Shown here in pieces: positions 9,705-16,182 of a stretch of DNA of 19,364 bases. Origin of the DNA: Thermoproteota archaeon (lineage in GTDB: Archaea > Korarchaeota > Korarchaeia > Korarchaeales > Korarchaeaceae); NCBI GenBank assembly GCA_037917625.1, contig JAVCBY010000090.1, positions 1 to 19,364 on the forward strand, written 5' to 3'. Numbering within the stretch: the stretch's first letter is position 1; each line of letters begins with the position of its first letter. The translations under genes and the position numbers were made by a program. The notes under the pieces were generated by a model. It was not told the DNA's origin. It made no database searches and saw only the letters and a program-made list of their open reading frames with translations.

Positions 9705-11009
9705 TTAAATATTTCGGTAGGACTCGAAGTACCTAGAAGCGAAATCCAGCGCCTTACCTACATTCGCGATATTAACGTAGGATGGTATTCCTTCCTTCCT
9801 GAGCTTTCTTGCGACCTCTCTACTGAGATCTCCACCGAGAAAAACTGATATCACAGGTTTATCTGTAAGATCACTCATCTCGAGGAGCATCGTCTGGAAC
9901 TTCTCTAAATTCTCGGGGTCCATCCCACAGTAGATTAGTATTATCAGATCTATCTCACTCGAATTCGCACTGCTCTCTAAGATCCCCCTGAATATATCGG
10001 GGCTCGCTTCAGGAGTGAGGTCTAACGGGTTCCCATGCCGCGATCCCTCGGGCATGAATATCCTCGTATCATCTATGAGTGCATCACTTAAAGGAGGGAT
10101 CTCCAGGGAGGTGTCTTCGAGGGATTCAACGAGCAAATTTCCAGCTCCACTGCTGTTACTTGCCACTAAAGCCCTCTTTCCCGTGATTTTCTTCCCTAAG
10201 AAAGCTACAGCTATATCGAAAGCAGCTATGAAGTCAGTTGTGATCGGGATCTCTTTCCTAAGTGGCTCAAGCTTCTTCCTAATTTCCGAGGACCCCGTGA
10301 CTATGATTATGGGCTTCTTCCTGAGGGCATCCTTAATAGCTTCTATTAACTTCTTCTGATCTCCCAAAGTCTCCATATGGATCATTATAGACCTCGTGTC
10401 ATCGTCCTCCGAGAGATAGTTGAGGAGATCTCGCTCCTCTACATCCGCTTTCCCCCCAGTCCCCACTACGGCGGAGAACTCAAGACCTTCAGAGATACCG
10501 AAATCTATCATGGACATCCCTAAAGTCTTCGATTCCGAGATGAGAGCTATGCCTCTCCCTTCCCCGCTCAAGGGTATTGGGGAGGCATTTATCTTGTGCT
10601 TTGGGTAGTAAACGCCGAGGGATGATGGGCCTAAGATCCTCATCCCATGCTTCCTCGATACCTCTGAAATCACCTCTTTTAGGGGACTCATCCTCCTCCC
10701 AGATAGTATTATAGCACTCCTCACGCCCTTCGCCCCTAATTCCTCCAAGATCTTTGGGACATAGCTCTCAGGAGCTGAGACTACAGCGAGATCTATCTCA
10801 TCAGTTACATCTAACACGGACCTATAGCATCTTATATCCTGAACCTCGGAGTACCTATGGCTTATCGGATATATAGGCCCCCTGAAACCGCACTTCAAAA
10901 GGTTATTCATTACCTCATGGCCCAGTTTTCCAGGAGTCTTTGAAACTCCAACCATAGCTATAGATTTAGGGTTGAAGAGACTTTCCAGGTTCTCTTTAGC
11001 ATTTTTCAA
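9705..11009 (-). CDS. ADP-forming acyl-CoA synthetase alpha-subunit-like protein, degenerate (phospho-His loop missing)
   Basis: LFNPKSIAMVGVS..PGKLG, IDLAVV, MRILGP, GGKADV, SNSSGAG and NPLDLT match the AcdA architecture; the SHTG motif is absent. SD GGGTGA before TTG. Confidence 0.85.
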   Translation of the reverse strand: MKNAKENLESLFNPKSIAMVGVSKTPGKLGHEVMNNLLKCGFRGPIYPISHRYSEVQDIRCYRSVLDVTDEIDLAVVSAPESYVPKILEELGAKGVRSAIILSGRRMSPLKEVISEVSRKHGMRILGPSSLGVYYPKHKINASPIPLSGEGRGIALISESKTLGMSMIDFGISEGLEFSAVVGTGGKADVEERDLLNYLSEDDDTRSIMIHMETLGDQKKLIEAIKDALRKKPIIIVTGSSEIRKKLEPLRKEIPITTDFIAAFDIAVAFLGKKITGKRALVASNSSGAGNLLVESLEDTSLEIPPLSDALIDDTRIFMPEGSRHGNPLDLTPEASPDIFRGILESSANSSEIDLIILIYCGMDPENLEKFQTMLLEMSDLTDKPVISVFLGGDLSREVARKLRKEGIPSYVNIANVGKALDFASRYFESYRNI

Positions 11010-11015
11010 GAAGTT

Positions 11016-11534
11016 TCACCCCATCTCAGTTGCTACAGCTTTCCATATTATGTCTCCTGCATGGTGAATGTTTTTAATAGTTTTTCCCCTCTCCTTAGCC
11101 TCATCACTAGATCTCTGAGCTATTCCAAGGGCTATCACAGCCCTAATTTTCTCATCGACAACAGCGACGAGGTCACCGGGGTTGAAGCTTCCCTCAACCT
11201 CCTTGATTCCCGGACCCATTACATCAGCTCCACTCGCGATAGGCTTGACGGCACCTAGGTCCACAACGACTCTAGGTATAGGTAATCTCAGCCTCTCCAC
11301 GGCAGTTAGGAAAGGTATGAGCCTGCCATCAGGGAATTCTATGAGGATCGGAGCATCCTGGAGGTAGTAGACTTTCGCGACATCATCCCTCAGGGGCACC
11401 TCCAATACTTGAAGGGAGATCTTCCTCCTCTGAAACGCCTCACTCATCCCAGGTATCTCAGAAATAGCCCTATCTATGAGCTGCCTACTCTCCTTAAGCG
11501 TTAAAAAGTATCTTCTGAACTTTATTCGGATCAC
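11016..11534 (-). CDS. PUA-domain RNA-binding protein (pre-PUA + PUA, MCT-1/Tma20-like)
   Basis: VVVDLGAVKPIASGADVMGPGI, GDLVAVVDE, NIHHAGDIIW. Confidence 0.88.
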   Translation of the reverse strand: MIRIKFRRYFLTLKESRQLIDRAISEIPGMSEAFQRRKISLQVLEVPLRDDVAKVYYLQDAPILIEFPDGRLIPFLTAVERLRLPIPRVVVDLGAVKPIASGADVMGPGIKEVEGSFNPGDLVAVVDEKIRAVIALGIAQRSSDEAKERGKTIKNIHHAGDIIWKAVATEMG

Positions 11535-11546
11535 CCCTCAAAATAA

Positions 11547-11623
11547 TGGCGCCCGGGCCGGGATTTGAACCCGGGTCTGGGGCTCGACAGGCCCCTATGC
11601 TGGCCGGGCTACACCACCCGGGC
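11547..11623 (-). tRNA. tRNA-Asp (anticodon GUC), intronless, CCA encoded
   Basis: Reverse complement GCCCGGGTGGTGTAGCCCGGCCAGCATAGGGGCCTGTCGAGCCCCAGACCCGGGTTCAAATCCCGGCCCGGGCGCCA folds into a full cloverleaf with a TTCAAAT T-loop and a CT-GTC-GA anticodon loop. Confidence 0.97.
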
Positions 11624-11647
11624 ACCTTGATGAGTTAGCTTACCTAA

Positions 11648-11660
11648 TTATAAATCTTTC
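11648..11660 (-). promoter_or_regulatory. BRE/TATA promoter of tRNA-Asp, overlapping the stop codon of the endonuclease IV gene
   Basis: Minus strand GAAAGATTTATAA, about 25-30 nt upstream of tRNA position 1. Confidence 0.65.
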
Positions 11661-12499
11661 ACCTCGCTGAGGGCGCTCATGTAGAGGGCCCTCATCTTAA
11701 TTGAGTCCCTCTCGAGCACTGGCGACTCCGATATTATGATCCATCTCAAGCCATATTCCGCTATTATTTCAGCTAAAGGCTCGAATGGGGGTCCGTAGCC
11801 AGATCCTAGGTCGTGATGCATCCTCTCCCCCACTCCCGATTTAGAGAGCTCTACCTCAGTGAAGTGTATCACGAAGCCGTTCAGATCCCCTAGCCTCCTC
11901 TCAATGGTCCTCAAGATCCTCTCATAATCATCCCTACCCTTTATGCTTCCTCCCTCCCTCGCGTGGATGTGAGCGAAATCTATCGTGGGCCTCACTCCAT
12001 CTACCTCCTCAGACATCCTCAGGACCTCATCCAAGGATCCCAATTGGGATGGCTTGCCCGTGGTCTCAGGTCCGAGCTCCAAATCTATTCCCAGAGATCT
12101 AAATTCCTCTCTAACTCTCCTTAATGATTCTATAGCTGCCTTAAGGGCATCCTCCTCACTCATCTTCCCATAATACCCTGGATGGAATGTGATATGACCA
12201 GCGCCCATTTTGCTCGCAGCTACTCCGGAATCTATTAACCTCTTGATGCTAGCCTCTCCCTTCTCCTTGGAGCAGAGGTTTATCGCATACGGGGCATGTA
12301 AGGAGAGCATTATATCGTTTTCAGAGGCTTCCCTCCTCACCCAAGAGAGTAGATCCTCATTTTTCGGTATAGCCCTCACAGCTTGATACTCCATGGCATC
12401 GAGACCTATCTCCCTCAGGTAAGAGAAGGCCCTCTCCTTGGAAGCATCGAGCGGATAGCCGGCGGGTCCGAACCTAACTCTATCGATTAGCACGAGCAT
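11648..12499 (-). CDS. nfo: Endonuclease IV-like (AP endonuclease family 2) TIM-barrel protein
   Basis: RFGPAG, SLHAPYAINL, FHPGYY, GPETTGKPSQLGSLDE, IDFAHIHAR, HFT, HH, ISESP. Start ATG 12499 (leaderless, TATA at 12515-12522) or TTG 12514. Confidence 0.9.
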   Translation of the reverse strand: MLVLIDRVRFGPAGYPLDASKERAFSYLREIGLDAMEYQAVRAIPKNEDLLSWVRREASENDIMLSLHAPYAINLCSKEKGEASIKRLIDSGVAASKMGAGHITFHPGYYGKMSEEDALKAAIESLRRVREEFRSLGIDLELGPETTGKPSQLGSLDEVLRMSEEVDGVRPTIDFAHIHAREGGSIKGRDDYERILRTIERRLGDLNGFVIHFTEVELSKSGVGERMHHDLGSGYGPPFEPLAEIIAEYGLRWIIISESPVLERDSIKMRALYMSALSEVKDL

Positions 12500-12673
12500 T
12501 CCAGTGACGCTCAAAAGATAAAGGTTCCTGAAGTGAGAGGGTTCACTCCAGGAGAATATCGATAAAACTCGCTTTATTATTATGTTTCGGTCAATAATGA
12601 ATATATTTTTTCATTTATATGAATTAAAAGTTGAAAATGTTAATAATATGATGGAGATGCTATTTTATGCGCA

Positions 12674-12690
12674 GCGAAAGGTATTTATCT
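12674..12690 (+). promoter_or_regulatory. BRE/TATA promoter driving the structured RNA / radical SAM leader
   Basis: gcgaaag-gta-TTTATct; standard spacing puts the start near 12710, at the first base of the closing helix. Confidence 0.6.
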
Positions 12691-12710
12691 CACATCATCC
12701 AGTAGATCAT

Positions 12711-12846
12711 GGGTCACCCGGCTCGCTGCGGGCTTAGCCCCTTCGTGGGCTATCGTGACATAGTGCGGGGGAAGGGGCCCTACATTGGCCCCGATCATGG
12801 GCGTCCCAAAGGACGCCACCCCTCCGTACTTTGTGCCGGGTGACCC
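12711..12846 (+). ncRNA. Unidentified structured RNA (non-coding RNA or riboswitch-like leader)
   Basis: GC-rich island beside AT-rich DNA. 12-bp perfect closing helix 12711-12722/12835-12846; hairpins 12735-12752, 12774-12792, 12800-12817; stem 12758-12771/12821-12834 with G-U pairs that favour the + strand. Confidence 0.65.
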
Positions 12847-12872
12847 CACCTCCGCCTCCCTCGGTGGAGAGA

Positions 12873-13937
12873 ATGTGGTTCCTGAGGCCGGATTGTATAA
12901 CAGCATTTGAGGAAAGGGAGATAAGGGATTCCATACCTCGCTATATAGATGTAGTTGAGGGCAGGAAATCCCCTCTCTTCAAGCTCTCGAAGATAATCAG
13001 GCTTGAGCCCTCGGATGACCTTTGGAAAACCCATGAGGAAGGATTGAAGATCCTCAGGGAAATTTTAGAGGGAGATGAGAACCCTAGGAGGGGCGAAGAT
13101 GGAATATCCCTCTTAGATGTTAAGGTATACTTATCCCTCGAGCTCGCAGGGAAATGCAGGTTCTGCGAGTGGAAATGCGGTGTCAACAGGATTGAGGGAG
13201 AATCTGGAGTGTGTAGAGTGAGGGAAACGAGAGTTTCGAGTGGCTTCATCCACATGGGGGAAGAACCTCCAGTGAGTCCATCGGGCACTATATTCTTCTC
13301 AGGCTGCAATTTCAAGTGTATATACTGTCAGAACTGGGACATATCTCAATTCCCCGAGTCGGGGAGGATAGTATCTCCTGAGAAACTAGCAGCTCTCATG
13401 GATGATCTCAGGAGGAGGGGCGCTAGGAACATAAACTTAGTCGGTGGGGAGCCGACTCCCAACATACATACGATATTGCTCTCCCTCAGATATGCTTCGG
13501 AGGACTTCCCCGTGATATGGAACTCCAATATGTACATGAGTGAGGAGGGCATGAAGCTCCTGCTCGGCATCGTAGATCTTTGGCTCCCTGATTTCAAGTA
13601 TTGGAAGGATGAATGCGCCAGGACCTTGAGCGGAATCCCCAGGTATTCGGAAGTCGTTAGGAGGAACTTATCCATGGCTTATGAATTCCCGCCCGGGGAG
13701 ATTATAGTGAGGCATCTAGTCTTACCTAATCATGTAGATTGTTGCACTAAGCCTATACTGAGCTGGATATCGAGGAACATACCGAGAGCCCTCGTGAACA
13801 TAATGGACCAATATAGGCCGGAGTACAGAGCGCATCAGGTACCTGGGATGAATAGGAGGGTCAGCTCGGATGAGATTAGGGAAGCTTTCGAATTCGCGGA
13901 TAGCCTTAAGCTTAGATGGAGGTCCGTCAGCCGGTGA
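12873..13937 (+). CDS. Radical SAM protein, PflX-like (pyruvate formate-lyase activating enzyme-related)
   Basis: CRFCEWKCGVNR...GVC, HMGEEPP, GTIFFSGCNFKCIYCQNWDIS (CxxxCxxC), GGEPTP, WLPDFKY, RHLVLPNH, MDQYRP. Start ATG 12873 after SD GGTGGAG. Confidence 0.92.
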   Translation: MWFLRPDCITAFEEREIRDSIPRYIDVVEGRKSPLFKLSKIIRLEPSDDLWKTHEEGLKILREILEGDENPRRGEDGISLLDVKVYLSLELAGKCRFCEWKCGVNRIEGESGVCRVRETRVSSGFIHMGEEPPVSPSGTIFFSGCNFKCIYCQNWDISQFPESGRIVSPEKLAALMDDLRRRGARNINLVGGEPTPNIHTILLSLRYASEDFPVIWNSNMYMSEEGMKLLLGIVDLWLPDFKYWKDECARTLSGIPRYSEVVRRNLSMAYEFPPGEIIVRHLVLPNHVDCCTKPILSWISRNIPRALVNIMDQYRPEYRAHQVPGMNRRVSSDEIREAFEFADSLKLRWRSVSR

Positions 13938-14496
13938 CTAGGGAAAGGAGCTTCCACTTGAGCTCCTCAAGGCATCCCTCATTTAGGAGGAAGTGATCCG
14001 CATAGGCAAGGGCATCTCCGAGGTGAAATGCCTCTATCTCCTCCCTATCCTCCCTCAAGAATTCCTCATGGCTCCTCTTATCGAAACCCTCCCTCCTCCT
14101 AAGGGACGTCCTGATGAACCTAATCCATCTAGAGGATAATATTGCTATGGTTATGACATCTTCCCCAAACTCTTTTTTGAATTCATCAATTTCTTCAATA
14201 TTTCTTATACCATTTACCACATAACATCGGGGGGGAGGGGATCCCTTAATGACTTCTATAGCTAGCTTAGCGATAACGCTAGCCCCCTTCTCCCTCCTTA
14301 ACTCAATGCCAACTGACCTTAAGCTCTCTCTGGTTTTACTTAGCCCCTTCCTCTCAACCTCCTCGATGAGCAAATCGCTCATCCTTATTACCCTATACCC
14401 TAGAGCTTCCTCAAGCGCTTTCGAAGCTTCATCCTTCCCGCTGCCGGGCAGTCCCACTATCAGTACGATCGGCTTACCCGGGCATCCTGAGCCCAT
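13927..14496 (-). CDS. P-loop nucleotide kinase (UPF0200 / dephospho-CoA kinase-like family)
   Basis: GLPGSGKD Walker A, MSD, ELR, NGIRNIEE, REDREE, ADHFLLNEG. Confidence 0.85.
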   Translation of the reverse strand: MGSGCPGKPIVLIVGLPGSGKDEASKALEEALGYRVIRMSDLLIEEVERKGLSKTRESLRSVGIELRREKGASVIAKLAIEVIKGSPPPRCYVVNGIRNIEEIDEFKKEFGEDVITIAILSSRWIRFIRTSLRRREGFDKRSHEEFLREDREEIEAFHLGDALAYADHFLLNEGCLEELKWKLLSLVTG

Positions 14497-14565
14497 AGAC
14501 CCACCTTGAACCCAATAGCTGATTCCCTTTTAATATGGAACATAAGTCAAGTTAGGGGAATAAAT

Positions 14566-15381
14566 ATGATCTCGATAATAGAAGTTGAAGCGACTAGTCA
14601 GGGGGACGGAGTGATACCTTTCACTGGACCCTTCTTCAGGGCCGCTGTGCTGAGATCGATATCCTCTCAGGATCCTCTGCTCGCGAAAGCCCTGGAGCTA
14701 TCCTCTAAAAAGATATTCGTTGAGGCACTCAGGAAGGAGAGGAAGCAGATGCCATGCGGTTCCTTGGAGGAGTCAGTTTACATTGGCTCGGAGTACAGAG
14801 GATCCATAATAATATTTAATGATAATGTGATAAGTGATGCGATAAAATCATGGATATTCAAGAAACCCACCATAACGATAAAGGATATTCCATTTAAAGT
14901 GACATCGTACATGCATCAAGAGATAAATATACTGGACTTCATACAAGAAAATCCATGCAGGAATTTCAGGCTCCGCTTCCTCACGCCCACGTGCTTCAAG
15001 AGGGCGACTTCTCAGTACTGCTACCTCTACCCAAATCCCAGGCTTATCGTCTCCTCTCTCGCTTCAGCTTGGAATGCTCTCTCACCTAAGAAAGGTCCGG
15101 AAACTAGATTAGCAGCTACTTGGGCCGATCTCAGCGTTGTAGAGACGGGATACGAATTATGCACGACTAAACCTGTGGAGATGAGCGGGGAGAAGACATT
15201 CGTCGGTTTCATGGGCTGGGTGAACTATAAGGTGATAGATCACCCCGAATGGCATAGATCGTCGCACGAGGAGATGGCTAAATGGCTAGCGACTTATCTG
15301 ATGTTCGGGGAACTGATAGGAGTAGGATATATGAGGAACATGGGGTTCGGAAGGATAAAGTTTGAGGTTAAGAGGAAGTAA
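14566..15381 (+). CDS. cas6: CRISPR-associated endoribonuclease Cas6 (stand-alone)
   Basis: C-terminal G-rich loop GVGYMRNMGFG (GhGxxxxxGhG), FLTPTCFKR, YLYPNP, GFMGWVNY. Start ATG 14566 with TATA-like ttttaata at 14528-14535. Confidence 0.88.
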   Translation: MISIIEVEATSQGDGVIPFTGPFFRAAVLRSISSQDPLLAKALELSSKKIFVEALRKERKQMPCGSLEESVYIGSEYRGSIIIFNDNVISDAIKSWIFKKPTITIKDIPFKVTSYMHQEINILDFIQENPCRNFRLRFLTPTCFKRATSQYCYLYPNPRLIVSSLASAWNALSPKKGPETRLAATWADLSVVETGYELCTTKPVEMSGEKTFVGFMGWVNYKVIDHPEWHRSSHEEMAKWLATYLMFGELIGVGYMRNMGFGRIKFEVKRK

Positions 15382-15384
15382 CAG

Positions 15385-15777
15385 TTAAACAATAGCCTCT
15401 AACAAACCCCTCTTTGCTCTCTCCATTAGCAGGATCCCGCTCCTTAACTCAATTGCCTTGTGGTCGCTAGCTCCGAATATCCTCTTGAGCTCCCAGAAGA
15501 CCCTCCAAGTGCTAGTAGCGTCCTTGCATGAGGAGATTGATACGGTTAAGCTTCCAGATTCCGGCCATGTGTGAACGGCGGCATGAGATTCCCCTATTAT
15601 CGCGATGCTCAGGACCCCTCCATTGGGTTTCCGCATCGTTATTATATCGAATAGCGTAAGCCCGGAATTAATGACGGATTCTATCAATGCACTCTCCACG
15701 AAAGCGATATCCTCGAGTAGATTTCTGCTGACGCCGAAAAGCTCACCAATCACATGGTACTCGAAGGCCCTCTCCAT
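15385..15777 (-). CDS. speH: Pyruvoyl-dependent S-adenosylmethionine decarboxylase-family proenzyme (SpeH/SpeD class; arginine decarboxylase paralogue not excluded)
   Basis: HVIGELFG, GGV, GESHAAVHTWPE (E-S self-cleavage site), downstream Cys (SSC); strong SD GGAGGTGA. Confidence 0.85.
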   Translation of the reverse strand: MERAFEYHVIGELFGVSRNLLEDIAFVESALIESVINSGLTLFDIITMRKPNGGVLSIAIIGESHAAVHTWPESGSLTVSISSCKDATSTWRVFWELKRIFGASDHKAIELRSGILLMERAKRGLLEAIV

Positions 15778-15782
15778 TTTTT

Positions 15783-15831
15783 ACCTCACCTCCGCCTCCC
15801 TATACATAAAACGACTCATAATTTATTTAAA
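15783..15831 (-). promoter_or_regulatory. TATA box and purine-rich SD leader of the AdoMetDC-family gene
   Basis: TTTAAATA at 15824-15831; leader AGGGAGGCGGAGGTGAGGT before ATG 15777. Confidence 0.6.
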
Positions 15832-16011
15832 AAGATTACGAAGAGCTGCCTAATTGCCCTAAGTTTGAGGATAAGCTCTCAGAGATCCTAATTTTGCTGT
15901 CAGATCGGAAGTCAACCCGACTTTTTCCAGCTCTAAACTAATAAAAATCGCGAATTCAATATGATGGGATTTTCTGAGATTTATGTGGATCAAATAAGAT
16001 AAAATAAATAG

Positions 16012-16119
16012 AATCCCCCAGGAAGAATCTTCATTGAGCTCAGTTAACTGAGAAGGGTCCGGAGATCAACTCCTGATGACCAGTTGAATAGATCCCCCCC
16101 TTGTGGGGGGAGGGGGATT
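16012..16119. other. Candidate structured intergenic element
   Basis: AATCCCCC...GGGGGATT inverted ends with several internal inverted repeats; U-rich tract follows on the minus strand. Confidence 0.3.
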
Positions 16120-16182
16120 ATATTAAGCTCCATCTCGAGTAGCTCGTAAGCTCTCCACTAAATGCATTATCCTCAGGGTCTG

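Noticed and set aside
11547-11623. tRNA-Asp as an integration site
   Set aside because: No duplicated tRNA fragment or integrase in the window; flanking genes are housekeeping.
12711-12846. RNase P RNA, SRP RNA, 5S rRNA or H/ACA guide as the identity of the structured RNA
   Set aside because: No GAGGAAAGUCC or 3' ACAGAA...GCUUA pair, no SRP helix-8 motif, no 5S conserved loops, no K-turn plus ACA tail; too short for SRP or RNase P.
12705-12852. MITE with 12-bp terminal inverted repeats
   Set aside because: No target-site duplication in the flanks, single copy in the window, and G-U pairs plus a positioned promoter fit an RNA better.
12685-13034. Short minus-strand ORFs (73, 66 and 79 aa) across the structured region
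   Set aside because: Low-complexity products that overlap the radical SAM gene and the GC-rich RNA; no supporting motifs.
568-13937. Overlapping 3' ends of convergent genes (568-579, 2748-2751, 4605-4624, 13927-13937)
   Set aside because: Common in compact archaeal genomes; not remarkable by itself.
16055-16095. Hammerhead ribozyme (GUC...CUGAUGA)
   Set aside because: No stem II and no GAAA core after CUGAUGA; stem I register does not fit.
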